A stretch of DNA of 42,838 nt from Polyangiaceae bacterium (GCA_050304295.1 JBNLDK010000070.1:1-42838), one strand, 5' to 3'. Counted from the stretch's first letter, positions 25,908-36,235 are shown. Numbers and translations: made by a program. The notes: generated by a model not told the origin, from the sequence alone.

Positions 25908-28310
25908 ATGACGCGCGCCTCCCGAACCCGTGCCCCGACCGGAGGCGCCTCAGTCCACGCGCTCCCCGAGCCCCGCCGGGCCGTGGCGATCGGGATGGTC
26001 GCGGCGACGACGATCGTGCTGCAGATCGGGCTGACCCGGATTCTGAGCGTCGTCATCTGGTACCACTGGGCCTTCCTCGCGGTGTCGCTTGCCTTGCTCG
26101 GCATCGCGGCACCGGGGGTCTGGTTCTCACTGGTCACGCGCCGAGATCCTTGGCTGCCCCGCCTGCTGCTCCTGGCCGGGGTCACCGTCCCGGCGGGCGT
26201 CTTCGTCACGGTCCACGCGCCGGCGTGGGTCGGCGTGCAAGCGGCCCCCTGGCTGTGCCTGGCGGCGGCCCTCGTCGCCTTCCTGGCGCTCGGCGGAACC
26301 GCTTGCCTTCTGCTACTCTCGGCGCCGGGTGCCACGGTCGCTCGCCTTTACGCGGCAGACCTGGTGGGCGCGAGCGTCGGCGCCGCCGTCACCGTTCCGC
26401 TACTCTGGCTCGGCCCCACCCCCCTGGTCGTGGCGGCGCTGGGTCTGTTGCCCCTCGCGGCCCACACCACGCTCTGGCCGCGACGCTGGCTCGCGCCCGC
26501 GCTGATCGCAGTACCATCCCTGCTGGCGCTGACGATCGGAACCCCCTTCGAGGTCCATCACACGAAGACGTACAGCGAGATCGAGCCGGGTCGCGTCCCC
26601 CAGTACGAGCGCTGGTCCCCCACCGTCCGCGTCACGGTCTTCGACGACGTGTTCTGGACCTCCGCCCCGGGTGGCTTCCTCTGGGGCTCCGGTCGCGCTC
26701 GACGAGCAGGGACCGGGCCGCAGCAGTACTGGCTGGAGCAGGATGGATCGGCGGGCACGCCGATCACACGGTGGTCCGGCGATCCGACGGAGCTCGGGTA
26801 CCTCTTCGACGACGTCACGTCGATCGGCCACGAGCTGCGCCCCGGCCGCCGCGTGGCCATCATCGGCGCCGGGGGCGGCCGCGACGTGCTCGCGGCACTG
26901 GCGGCAAACGCGCGCCAGATCGATGCGATCGAGCTGCACGGTGTCATCCTCGAGACGGTGCGCGATCGGTACGGGGCGTTCTCGGGGCACCTCTACGACG
27001 ACCCGCGCGTCACACCCATCGTCGGCGAGGGTCGCCATGTGCTCAGCCAGAGCTCCACGCACTACGATCTGATCCAGATCTCGCTGATCGACAGCTGGTC
27101 GGCCACGACCGCGGGCGCCTACACCCTGGCGGAGAACCACCTGTACACGGTCGAGGCGTATCAGCTGTTCTGGTCGCGCCTGACGGACAGGGGGTTGCTC
27201 TCCACCAGCCGGTGGCTACGGGGTGACTTCGGGCTCGAAGTGCCGCGCCTCTTGCTACTCGTGCGCGCGGCGCTGGCGCGGGAAGGGGTCGCCAACCCCG
27301 CTGACCACGTCGCCGTCGTCCAGGGCGGGGCGGTGGGTACGGTGCTCGTTTCCCGTCTCCCCTTCGCTCCCGAGGAGTACGCCAAGCTGAACCGCATCGC
27401 CGCCAATCGGGGGTTCGTCGTGCACTTCCCCCCGGAAGCTGCCACCTCTGGCGACCGCCAGCTCGCGCAACTCTTCGCTCGAGGTCCGGAGGCACTCGCG
27501 GGCCAGGGCATCGACCTGACGCCCCCCACCGACGACCGGCCGTTCTTCTTCCAGGTGCTCTTGCCCTTCGATGAAGTGACGAGACCGACGGCCGTGAGCC
27601 TCGGGGTCAACAACGAAGGTGTGTGGACGCTCCGCCTGGTGATCACGATCGTGGTGGCAGCGGCACTGGGAATGCTACTTCTACCGTTTCTGTTCACGGA
27701 TCGCTTCGAGCGCCGCGGGCTATGGCGCGGGAGCGGCTTCTTCGCGTGCATCGGCTTCGGGTTCCTGCTGGTCGAGGTCACGTGGATCCAGAAGCTGGTG
27801 CTGCTGCTGGGCCACCCCAGCCGAGCCGCAACCGTAGTGCTGGGCGCGCTCCTGCTCGGCACTGGCCTCGGCTCCTTGGGAGCTCCGCACTTCGGTGTCG
27901 AGCGACTCCAGCGCTGGGGCTGGGCGACCGGCGTACTGATCCTCGGACTCACCCTCGGCGCCCGGCTCGCGCCGGCATTGCTCGCGTGGCCCGGTGGCGC
28001 GCTCGCGGCCGCTGCCGTGCTCGTCTTGCTGGTCGGCGGCATGACGATGGGGCCCTGGTTCGCGCTCGGGCTCGCCCGCTTCGGCGACGTCAACAAGCCC
28101 TGGTTCTGGGCGATCAACGGTGCGGCGAGCGTGGTGGCGGGCGCGGGCTCCCTCGCGGTCGCCATGCAGCTCGGGTACACTGTCGTCGGGTTGCTCGGCG
28201 CCGCCGCCTACGGTATCGCCTGGTGGTTGCTGCAGGGAGCGGCCCACGCCGAACCAGTCGAGGACGCCGCGAGCGTACCCGAGACGAGGCCACAGGCCCC
28301 CAGCAGCTGA
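25908..28310 (+). CDS. Polytopic membrane protein with an embedded spermidine/spermine-synthase-like (aminopropyltransferase-fold) domain.
   Basis: N-terminal and C-terminal TM bundles flank VAIIGAGGGRDV...IDAIELHGVI...DLIQISLIDSWSATTAGAYTLAENHLYT, which I read as an AdoMet-binding and spermidine-synthase-type signature. Start at the internal ATG at 25908. Confidence 0.6.
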   Translation: MTRASRTRAPTGGASVHALPEPRRAVAIGMVAATTIVLQIGLTRILSVVIWYHWAFLAVSLALLGIAAPGVWFSLVTRRDPWLPRLLLLAGVTVPAGVFVTVHAPAWVGVQAAPWLCLAAALVAFLALGGTACLLLLSAPGATVARLYAADLVGASVGAAVTVPLLWLGPTPLVVAALGLLPLAAHTTLWPRRWLAPALIAVPSLLALTIGTPFEVHHTKTYSEIEPGRVPQYERWSPTVRVTVFDDVFWTSAPGGFLWGSGRARRAGTGPQQYWLEQDGSAGTPITRWSGDPTELGYLFDDVTSIGHELRPGRRVAIIGAGGGRDVLAALAANARQIDAIELHGVILETVRDRYGAFSGHLYDDPRVTPIVGEGRHVLSQSSTHYDLIQISLIDSWSATTAGAYTLAENHLYTVEAYQLFWSRLTDRGLLSTSRWLRGDFGLEVPRLLLLVRAALAREGVANPADHVAVVQGGAVGTVLVSRLPFAPEEYAKLNRIAANRGFVVHFPPEAATSGDRQLAQLFARGPEALAGQGIDLTPPTDDRPFFFQVLLPFDEVTRPTAVSLGVNNEGVWTLRLVITIVVAAALGMLLLPFLFTDRFERRGLWRGSGFFACIGFGFLLVEVTWIQKLVLLLGHPSRAATVVLGALLLGTGLGSLGAPHFGVERLQRWGWATGVLILGLTLGARLAPALLAWPGGALAAAAVLVLLVGGMTMGPWFALGLARFGDVNKPWFWAINGAASVVAGAGSLAVAMQLGYTVVGLLGAAAYGIAWWLLQGAAHAEPVEDAASVPETRPQAPSS

Positions 28311-28397
28311 AAAAATGCAGGCACCGGAGCTCGCCATCGAGCCCCCCCGCGCAGAGAACCCAGCGCGAGCCCAGCGGGTCGGTGTAGAAGAGACGCG

Positions 28398-31300
28398 ATG
28401 CCGCGACCCGGTGACTCGCCTCGACGATCGATGTGGCGCGCCCTGCTCCGCTGGGCGCTCGTCACCGCGCTGATCGTGGCTGGCAGCCCACCCGCCGCCG
28501 CCCAGGAGCCCGATCCAGCGCCGGGTGACGTCCCGTCCCTGGTGGACCTGGAGGCGGATCCCGCGATCGAGTCCCTCCTCGGCCAGCGGGTGGCGCGTAT
28601 CGAGATCGTGGTCGAAGGTGAGGGCAGCGCCGCTCCGCCCGAGCTGCGGCGCGTGCTGGTGGGGGAGCCGCTCAGCGTGGAGATGAGCCAGCGGGCGATC
28701 GGTGAGCTGACGGACAGCGGGCGGTATTCCAGTGTGCGCGCCGCAGCCATCGCGACCCCGGACGGCGTGGTGCTAGAGCTCACCGCTGTGCGCCGCTACA
28801 TCGTCGAGCGGGTCAAGGTGCAGGGAGGCAAGCTCGACACTGGCCAGACGCTGCGCGCCGCCGAGATCCGTCCGGGGCAGGAGCTGTCGATTCGTGCCGT
28901 GCCACGACTCGAGAACGGTGTCGCCAGCTTCTACGCCCACCACGGGTATCCGAACGCGGCGGTCCACATCGAGCTTTTGGACACCGACGACCCGCTGCGC
29001 ACCGTCCTCGTGGTCCACGTCGAGCCGGGTCTCCCGCTGCGTGTCGAACGTCGCCGCTTCGAGCTGAGCCCCGACCCCGACGACCCGAGGGTGCTCGCGC
29101 TCGTCCGACGCTACTCGCTGCCCCGCGGCGACCGGGCCGATGAGGACCGCCTGAACGACGCCGACCGCGAGCTGGAGAACCGCCTCCGCGCCAGCGGCTG
29201 GCATCGTGCCCAGGTCGGTCACGAGGTGCGGCGGGTCGTCGGCTCCGACGTCGCCGCACTGACCGTCCGGGTCGCCGCCGGGCCCTCCTTCGAGATCCGC
29301 TTCGAAGGCAACCGCACCTTTGACGCGGCGCGCCTGCGGCAGGTGCTCGCGCTGGACAGGACCGAGGATCGAAGCCCGCTGACGCTCGTCGAGCGGCTCC
29401 GCGACCACTATGTCCGCCACGGCTTCTTCGATGTCGAGATCGAGGTCGAAGAGCGCGCGACCCCTGACGACGTGGTGCACGAGCTGTTCTTCGCGATCCG
29501 GGAGAACGGACAGGTGCGGGTCGCCGCGCGGGAGTACCCGTGCCTGACCGGCGACCGGACCCCCCGCGAGGTCGGTCAGGAGATCGACAGCTTTCTCGGT
29601 GAGGAGCTGCCCGGCACCAAGGTGTTCTCGTCGATGGACCCGGCCACCATCGACGCCCTCTACGGTCCCACCCAGAGAACCGGCGCCCGCCTGGCGCCCC
29701 CCTCGTTCAGCCCGTGGAGCACCTACGCGCCAGAGGTCTACGACCGCGCACGCAAGCACTTGCAAGATCTGTATCGCGCCGAAGGCTATCTGAGCGCGAC
29801 GGTGGGCCCGGTCCGGGTGATCCGCCGCGCGTGTGCGCCGCGTTCTCCACCCGGACAGTGCCTCCCCATCGGCCCGCGCGAGAGCCCGCCCGCCGTGTGC
29901 CGCTACGACGAGATCGGGGTCCCCATCAGCGAGCCCCAGCTGGACGGCAGCTGGACGTGCCAACCCGACCCTGCGCGCGGCCTGAAGTGCGAGCCCGAGG
30001 TCGTGCTCGTGATTCCCGTCAAGCTGGGCCCTCAGAGCATCCTCTACGACGTCCGCTTCGCTGGCAACGAGCGGCTGGCGGAGCAAGAGCTCGCCAAGAT
30101 TGCCCAGGTGAAGCTGGGCGATCCGGTCAGTCAGCCCGAGCTCGATCGCGCCACGCGACGACTGCTCGAGGCCTATGCCGAGGAGGGATTCGCCTTCACC
30201 TCCCTCGACGCCGCGCTCGAGCTCTCGCCGGATCGAACCCGGGCCCGTGTGACCTTCCGCATCAGCGAGAGCAATCGGGTCACGGTCCGCGACATCGTAA
30301 TCCGGGGTGCCCGCAAGACCAACGAGGGCGTGATCCGCCGGCGCATCGCCCTCCAGAAGGGGGAGCTTTACCGGCGCAGCGCGGTGCGCAAGACCGAAGA
30401 GCGGCTGGCCATTCTTGGCGTCTTCGCCTCCGTCACCGTGAGCCTCGAGTCACCGTACGTGCCGGCACGGGAGAAGGTCGTGGTGGTGACCGTGCAAGAG
30501 CGGGAACCCCAGTACCTCGACATCAAGGGCGGCTTCAGCTCGGGCGAGGGTCCCCGGGGAGCGCTCGAGTACGGGCACCGCAACCTGGGCGGCGGCGCGG
30601 TCCAGCTGCGCCTCCGAGCGGCACTGAACTACCTCCCGGACTTTCTCATTCTGGAGGACGACGTCAAAAAGAAGTTCCAGGAGCTGCAGCAGGACCAGGG
30701 CATCGGGGCGCGTCTGGAGCGGCAGATCTCGGCCTCGGTCGAGTTCCCCGACATCGGACTGGGACCGCTGTTCCGCCTCGGTGTCGAGGGACTGAGCGTG
30801 CGCGACAACTCTCGCGACTTTGGGATCAGCAAGAACGCCGGACTGGTCACCCTCATCTATCGCCCGACGAGAAGGATCACGGGACAGATTGGGCCCTCCC
30901 TCGAACTGAACGAGGCAGGGATCTTCGGCGAGGAGGAGAAGGGGGCACTTCAGGCATACCTCGTCACCAACCCCACACGCCGCAACCTGTTCCGCGTTCC
31001 CGAAGGCGAGACGGTCGCCTTCGCCCAGCAAGTGAGCGCCACCTGGGACCGCCGCGACAACCCCCTGGGGGCAACGCGGGGAACCTTCGTGAGCGCCCGG
31101 ATCGAGCACGTGCGGGCCACCCCCACCGATCAGCTGGACGAGCTGCTTCGGACCCGACCCGTGCGTGGCCAGTCGGACGAGGCCGACGTGTTCGACGCGA
31201 TCGTCAGCGACTTCGTCCGCGTCTCGAATCGACTCGCCGGGTACGTCCCTTTTGGGGACCGTGGCTTGGCGCTAGCACTCAGCGTCGGGTGGGGCGTCAA

Positions 31301-31784
31301 CATCCAGACGTTCTCGGGCTCGCAGACTTACCCGGACCGCCTGTTCACGTTGGGCGGCGTCGACAGCATGCGCGGCTTCCTCCAAGACAGCGTGATCCCG
31401 GAAGACATCGCGCAGCAGCTCCTCGACGAGGACTCGGGACTGAGCATCGAGCAGGTCGTGGTCCGGGGAGGCGACTTCTTCGTCAACCCCCGCAGCGAGC
31501 TCCGCATCCCGATCGCCACACCGAACGTTCAGACGGCCATCTTTCTCGACGCGGGAAATCTGTGGACCAGCGCCGCCAACTTGGGAGCCCGCGACCTGTT
31601 GAACCCGAAAAATATGCGCTACTCTGCCGGGACCGGCCTTCGGGTGGGAACTCCGGTGGGCCCCCTCGTTTTCGACTACGGATTCAACCTCCAGCGAGTT
31701 CTGGATGGCCTGGACGCGCGGCGAAGCAACCAGCGATTCTGGGAGGATCTCGGGGCGTTTCACTTCAGTATTGGGGTGTTCTGA
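28398..31784 (+). CDS. Omp85-family outer-membrane protein (BamA/TamA-like) with POTRA repeats and a C-terminal beta-barrel.
   Basis: Signal peptide MWRALLRWALVTALIVAGSPPAAAQ. The barrel carries the conserved GGVDSMRGF (RGY/F loop-6) motif and ends in the aromatic terminus FHFSIGVF. Alternative start at 28431. Confidence 0.75.
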   Translation: MPRPGDSPRRSMWRALLRWALVTALIVAGSPPAAAQEPDPAPGDVPSLVDLEADPAIESLLGQRVARIEIVVEGEGSAAPPELRRVLVGEPLSVEMSQRAIGELTDSGRYSSVRAAAIATPDGVVLELTAVRRYIVERVKVQGGKLDTGQTLRAAEIRPGQELSIRAVPRLENGVASFYAHHGYPNAAVHIELLDTDDPLRTVLVVHVEPGLPLRVERRRFELSPDPDDPRVLALVRRYSLPRGDRADEDRLNDADRELENRLRASGWHRAQVGHEVRRVVGSDVAALTVRVAAGPSFEIRFEGNRTFDAARLRQVLALDRTEDRSPLTLVERLRDHYVRHGFFDVEIEVEERATPDDVVHELFFAIRENGQVRVAAREYPCLTGDRTPREVGQEIDSFLGEELPGTKVFSSMDPATIDALYGPTQRTGARLAPPSFSPWSTYAPEVYDRARKHLQDLYRAEGYLSATVGPVRVIRRACAPRSPPGQCLPIGPRESPPAVCRYDEIGVPISEPQLDGSWTCQPDPARGLKCEPEVVLVIPVKLGPQSILYDVRFAGNERLAEQELAKIAQVKLGDPVSQPELDRATRRLLEAYAEEGFAFTSLDAALELSPDRTRARVTFRISESNRVTVRDIVIRGARKTNEGVIRRRIALQKGELYRRSAVRKTEERLAILGVFASVTVSLESPYVPAREKVVVVTVQEREPQYLDIKGGFSSGEGPRGALEYGHRNLGGGAVQLRLRAALNYLPDFLILEDDVKKKFQELQQDQGIGARLERQISASVEFPDIGLGPLFRLGVEGLSVRDNSRDFGISKNAGLVTLIYRPTRRITGQIGPSLELNEAGIFGEEEKGALQAYLVTNPTRRNLFRVPEGETVAFAQQVSATWDRRDNPLGATRGTFVSARIEHVRATPTDQLDELLRTRPVRGQSDEADVFDAIVSDFVRVSNRLAGYVPFGDRGLALALSVGWGVNIQTFSGSQTYPDRLFTLGGVDSMRGFLQDSVIPEDIAQQLLDEDSGLSIEQVVVRGGDFFVNPRSELRIPIATPNVQTAIFLDAGNLWTSAANLGARDLLNPKNMRYSAGTGLRVGTPVGPLVFDYGFNLQRVLDGLDARRSNQRFWEDLGAFHFSIGVF

Positions 31785-31835
31785 CGCATGGCCCCCCTTT
31801 ACCCGCGGGCTGTGACCGCTACCATCGCAGACTAG

Positions 31836-33428
31836 ATGAGCGACGCTGGTGATGGCGACCGGGGAGCGAAACCCCTCGACCTGGCCGAGTTCGGAGACAT
31901 CAGTGGTGTCTACGACGAAGTCGTCATCCAGGAGACCGAGCACCACGGGACCACTGGCCCCGCGCAGCAGAACCTCGGCGCTCGTACGGCGAGCATCCGC
32001 CCCGCCAACCCCAGTCTCGCCCCCCCCCGGGATACGTCCCGCCGCCGAAGCTGGTTCCGGATCGTCAAGCGAGCGATCGCCACGCTCATGGTGCTCGGCG
32101 TCGCCGGGACCGCTGTGACCTGGTGGGCCGTTCACACCTTCGACTGGGCGGGCCCGCTGGTGGCGGACACGCTGCGGGCGGTCATCGGTGTCGACAACGT
32201 CACGAAGCTCGAAGACTGGGTGTATGCCGTCGAGGATCGCTACAACCAGTGGTCCCGCCGCGACGAAGCGCCGCAAGCGTACTGGGAGGTTCCCGCCCCC
32301 ACGACTCCCACCGGCCCCCCGCCGATGGGCTCGAACTCGGCAGGAGCCGCCGAGCTCGAGCTGCCCCCATTCCAGCCGGCGGACGTGGGACCGGTGCACA
32401 GCTCGTGGTCAGCCCCCGGAGATGGCAAGTGGGTCCCGATCGTCGACTCCCGGCGTCCCGAGGAGCAGCCGTACATGTACAAGACGCTGCTCCACCCCGA
32501 TCGCAATCGGTCCTGGGCCGAGGTGTTCGTGGTCGCCATCGACCTGCGTCGTTCGCGGCTGCACCTGGTACCAGGGTACCAAGAACCGAAATCCCAGACA
32601 CCCGAGGCGAACGAGCGCCTGAAGGAGCGGACGGAGGCCCGCGGCGCCGTGATCCCCTCCAAGGACCACGATGAGCTCCTGGCAGCGTTCAATGGCGGCT
32701 TCAAGACCGAGCACGGCTACTACGGCATGATGCTGCACGGGCTGACCATCATGCCACCGCGCTCGAAAGCCTGCGTGGTGGCGATGTACCGCGGAGACGA
32801 GCTGAAGATCCGCGACTGGGAGGCACTCCAACCGACGACGGAGCAGATGGTGTGGTACCGGCAGACGCCGAACTGCATGTACGAGAACGGCAAGATGCAC
32901 CCGCTTCTCAACGACCCCAACGCGACTCGCTGGGGAGCCACGCTGGACAAGGAAACCGTGATCCGGCGCAGTGCGATCGGCCTCAACGCGGACCGGGACA
33001 TCCTCTACGTGAGCATCACCAACGCGACGACCGCTCAGACGATCGCCCAGGGCATGCACCACGCGGGAGCGGCACACGTGGCGCAGCTGGACGTGAACTG
33101 GTCCTACCCCAAGTTCCTACTCTACGAACCGGAGTACGAGGGGGGCCCGCGCAAGGCGGTGGCCCTGGCCAAGGGCTTCGAGTTCGATGAGGACGAGTTC
33201 ATCCGCACCCGAGCGATGCGCGACTTCTTCTACCTGACCCGCAAGCCCTCCGCGGACGCCCGCGCCTGGGTCGCGGCGCAGCGGAGCTCGCCGGCGAGCG
33301 CCCCGGCGAGCAGCGGCGCGCCCGCATCCAGCGGAGCCCCGGCGGGCAGCAGCGCGCCCGCGTCCAGCGGAGCCCCGGCGGGCAGCGGCGCGCCCGCGTC
33401 CAGCGCCGCCTCAGCCTCGGGGCGGTAG
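31836..33428 (+). CDS. Membrane-anchored phosphodiester glycosidase-family protein (DUF2233/NAGPA-like) with a (PASSGA)n low-complexity tail.
   Basis: N-terminal TM AIATLMVLGVAGTAVTWWAV. Family-typical AFNGGF motif. C-terminal PASSGAPASSGAPAGSSAPASSGAPAGSGAPASS. Confidence 0.6.
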   Translation: MSDAGDGDRGAKPLDLAEFGDISGVYDEVVIQETEHHGTTGPAQQNLGARTASIRPANPSLAPPRDTSRRRSWFRIVKRAIATLMVLGVAGTAVTWWAVHTFDWAGPLVADTLRAVIGVDNVTKLEDWVYAVEDRYNQWSRRDEAPQAYWEVPAPTTPTGPPPMGSNSAGAAELELPPFQPADVGPVHSSWSAPGDGKWVPIVDSRRPEEQPYMYKTLLHPDRNRSWAEVFVVAIDLRRSRLHLVPGYQEPKSQTPEANERLKERTEARGAVIPSKDHDELLAAFNGGFKTEHGYYGMMLHGLTIMPPRSKACVVAMYRGDELKIRDWEALQPTTEQMVWYRQTPNCMYENGKMHPLLNDPNATRWGATLDKETVIRRSAIGLNADRDILYVSITNATTAQTIAQGMHHAGAAHVAQLDVNWSYPKFLLYEPEYEGGPRKAVALAKGFEFDEDEFIRTRAMRDFFYLTRKPSADARAWVAAQRSSPASAPASSGAPASSGAPAGSSAPASSGAPAGSGAPASSAASASGR

Positions 33429-33432
33429 CGGT

Positions 33433-34371
33433 TCAACCCGTCGCGAGAGGGGCGTAGCCGACACCCGTCAGTTCCTCGGAGAGGATCCAGAGTCGGGCCG
33501 CATCCTCGACGCTCCGCGCCGCGGCCACTGGCTCCACCCGTCGTGGAGAGCCCCACAGCTCGAACGGTCCTGCGGGGCCGTAGTAGGCCCCCCCGACCAC
33601 CTCTGGCGCCGCGCACGCGTACAGCTGAGGGAGCGCGCCACGCGCGGCAGACTGGGCCAGCAACGCATTGCCCGCCGCCATCACCCCACCGGTCCAGGTC
33701 GCCCCCGCGAGACGAGGTCCGGCTTGCTGAAGGTTCGTGGCCGAGTATCCCGGATGGGCCGCCACGCTGATCGTGGAGTGGCCCGCCCCCGCCAGGCGCC
33801 GCTGCAGCTCGGTGGCAAAAAGCAGGTTGGCGAGCTTCGACATGCTGTAGGCGGGCCACTTGCGATAGGTCGCCTCGGAGCCGAGGTCGTCCCAGCGCAA
33901 ACGACCGAAGCGATGGTAGATGCTGCTCACCGTGACCACCCGCGAGTCCGGTGCCGCCAGCAGCAGGGGCAACAACCGTCCGGTCAGCGCGAAGTGGCCG
34001 AGGTGATTGGTACCGAACTGCATCTCGAAGCCGTCTGCGGTCTGGCGCCAGGGCAGCGCCATTACCCCGGCGTTGTTGCAGAGCACGTCGAGGCGCGGGC
34101 AACGCTCGGCGAGGCGCTCGGCAAAGTCCGCCACCGAATCGAGCGACGCCAGGTCCAGCCGCAGCAGTTCGAGGCGGGCCCGAGGGTGGTACCTCCGCAC
34201 TGCCGCGGCTGCGTCTTCGGCCCTGGCCAGGTCGCGGCACGCCATCGTCACCGTCGCGCCAGCGCCTGCCAGGGCGCGCACCGTCTCGAACCCGAGCCCG
34301 CTGTTGGCGCCCGTCACCACGATGTTTCGTCCCTCGAGGTTCGGCAGATCGGTCACGGTCCATGGCGCCAT
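33433..34371 (-). CDS. Short-chain dehydrogenase/reductase (SDR) family oxidoreductase.
   Basis: TGANSGLG cofactor motif, NNAG, and the catalytic YxxxK (YSMSK). Confidence 0.85.
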   Translation of the reverse strand: MAPWTVTDLPNLEGRNIVVTGANSGLGFETVRALAGAGATVTMACRDLARAEDAAAAVRRYHPRARLELLRLDLASLDSVADFAERLAERCPRLDVLCNNAGVMALPWRQTADGFEMQFGTNHLGHFALTGRLLPLLLAAPDSRVVTVSSIYHRFGRLRWDDLGSEATYRKWPAYSMSKLANLLFATELQRRLAGAGHSTISVAAHPGYSATNLQQAGPRLAGATWTGGVMAAGNALLAQSAARGALPQLYACAAPEVVGGAYYGPAGPFELWGSPRRVEPVAAARSVEDAARLWILSEELTGVGYAPLATG

Positions 34372-34508
34372 GCCCCAGTCGTGCGCCCGGCTGAACGGGT
34401 CGTCAACCTCTCACGCCGGAACGACCAGCGAGCGGGCACTCCGCCCGGGCCCTCCGGCCACCACCGGTGAGAGGACCCATCCGCCACGGGGAGCGCTATG
34501 CTGCTCCG

Positions 34509-35369
34509 GTGCCGGAGCTTCCCGAGGTGGAAGTCACGCGACGCCAGATCGCGCCACTTGTCACAGGACGCGAGATCGCGCGAGTGATCACGACACCACC
34601 GTCAAACTTCTTCCTGACCCAGCCGGGTCAATTGCGTCGACGCCTCACCGGACGCCGCATCACCACCCTGCATCGCCACGGCAAGTACATCGTGGCGCGG
34701 CTCGACGACGGCGGTCAGCTGCTCCTGCATCTGGGCATGACGGGACAGCTGTTCGGCGCGGGGGCGGCAGCCCCACCCCGGCACCGACCGTCGCCGCCGA
34801 CCGCGGTCCTGCCATTCGCTCCCGACCGACACACCCATCTCTGTCTGGAGTTCACCGACGGCGGCCCCAGCGTGCTGTTTCGGGACCCGCGCAAGTTCGG
34901 CAAGGTGCAACATCTCCGCAACGGGGAGACGTGCAAGCGACTCGATCGTCTCGGGGCGGACGCCCTCGCCGCCGACCCCCTCGAGCTCTGGCAGCGCACC
35001 CGCCGCCGGCGGGTCGCCATCAAGTCCGCGCTGCTCGATCAGTCGTTGCTCGCCGGTGTCGGCAACATCTACGCGGACGAGGCATTGTTCGGCGCGGGCC
35101 TCCGTCCCACACGCAGCGCCGGGCGGCTCTCCCGACGCGACTGGGAACACCTGCTGGCCGAGGCCCAGCACGTGATGCTGCGCTCGATCGAGGTCGGAGG
35201 AACGACCATCAGCGACTTCGTGCACCCCAACGGCGAGTCGGGAGCGTTCGCCATCGAACTGCAGGTGTATGGCCGCACCGGTCAGCCCTGCCCGAGCTGC
35301 GGAACTGCGATCCGCCGGGTGGTGTTGGGAGGCCGGTCATCGCACTTCTGCTCGAGCTGTCAGCGATAG
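34509..35369 (+). CDS. fpg: Formamidopyrimidine-DNA glycosylase (Fpg/MutM).
   Basis: PELPEVE N-terminus, H2TH region, and a C-terminal zinc finger CPSCG...CSSCQ. Start assigned to the GTG at 34509 so that the protein begins M-P-E-L-P-E-V, because Pro2 is the catalytic nucleophile. The track ATG at 34467 would add 14 residues. Confidence 0.8.
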   Translation: MPELPEVEVTRRQIAPLVTGREIARVITTPPSNFFLTQPGQLRRRLTGRRITTLHRHGKYIVARLDDGGQLLLHLGMTGQLFGAGAAAPPRHRPSPPTAVLPFAPDRHTHLCLEFTDGGPSVLFRDPRKFGKVQHLRNGETCKRLDRLGADALAADPLELWQRTRRRRVAIKSALLDQSLLAGVGNIYADEALFGAGLRPTRSAGRLSRRDWEHLLAEAQHVMLRSIEVGGTTISDFVHPNGESGAFAIELQVYGRTGQPCPSCGTAIRRVVLGGRSSHFCSSCQR

Positions 35370-35542
35370 CCGCCGCGGATTCCTGCCGGGACACCGACCG
35401 CGCTCGAGTGGGGGTGCGCACCGTCCCCGCCGGCCCCACTTCCCGCGAGAGCGCTCACATCGCACGACCTCATCGGACTGCGCTCCGCGACGCCGATGGC
35501 GCTTGACTTGGCACCCGTTCTTCCGCCATGTGAGCCGCATCC

Positions 35543-36235
35543 ATGGACCAGAACGAAGCCAAGGCGCTCGTCGCCCGCACTGCCCTCGAGTACCTCCCGG
35601 AGCACGGCGTGATCGGACTCGGTTCCGGGTCGACCGCGAAGCTCTTCATCGACGGCGTCGCCGCGTTGGTCAAGCAAGGGCACAATCTGATCGGTGTGCC
35701 CACGAGCTCCGCAAGCCGGACGCAAGCCGAGTTCCTGGGGATTCCGCTCCTCACCGAGGAAGGCCCGTGGCGCATCGAGGTCTGTGTTGACGGAGCCGAC
35801 CAGGTCTCCCCCGCGCTCGATCTGATCAAGGGTGGCGGCGGATTCCACACGCGTGAGAAGGTCGTCAACGCCGCGGCCAAGAAGAACGTGGTCATCGTCG
35901 ACGAGTCGAAGCTCGTCGAGAAACTCGGCGACGGCTTTCCCGTGCCGGTGGAGGTGCTGAGCTTCGGCCACCACAACACCGCGGCGGCGCTGAACCAGTT
36001 TGGTCAGGCGAACTTGAGACTGGTCGGGGGCAAGCCCTTCAAGACCGACGAGGGGAGCTACATCTACGATATCGAGAGCGGACCCATCGACGACCCCCGC
36101 GAGCTGGACCGAGCCCTGCGAGCTGTGCCGGGCGTGGTCGAGACCGGACTCTTCGTGAACCGCGCCGATGTGATCCTCGTGGGCGGGCCACAGGGCGTAC
36201 GGGTCATCGAGCGCGCCCCGAACGGCCAGCGCTAA
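35543..36235 (+). CDS. rpiA: Ribose-5-phosphate isomerase A.
   Basis: GLGSGSTA, DGADQV (the DGADE region) and KGGGG motifs. Length 230 aa. Confidence 0.85.
   Translation: MDQNEAKALVARTALEYLPEHGVIGLGSGSTAKLFIDGVAALVKQGHNLIGVPTSSASRTQAEFLGIPLLTEEGPWRIEVCVDGADQVSPALDLIKGGGGFHTREKVVNAAAKKNVVIVDESKLVEKLGDGFPVPVEVLSFGHHNTAAALNQFGQANLRLVGGKPFKTDEGSYIYDIESGPIDDPRELDRALRAVPGVVETGLFVNRADVILVGGPQGVRVIERAPNGQR

Noticed and set aside
35495-35525. A sigma-54-like TGGCAC upstream of rpiA.
   Set aside because: The -12 region reads CTTCC rather than TTGC(A/T), and the spacing is wrong.
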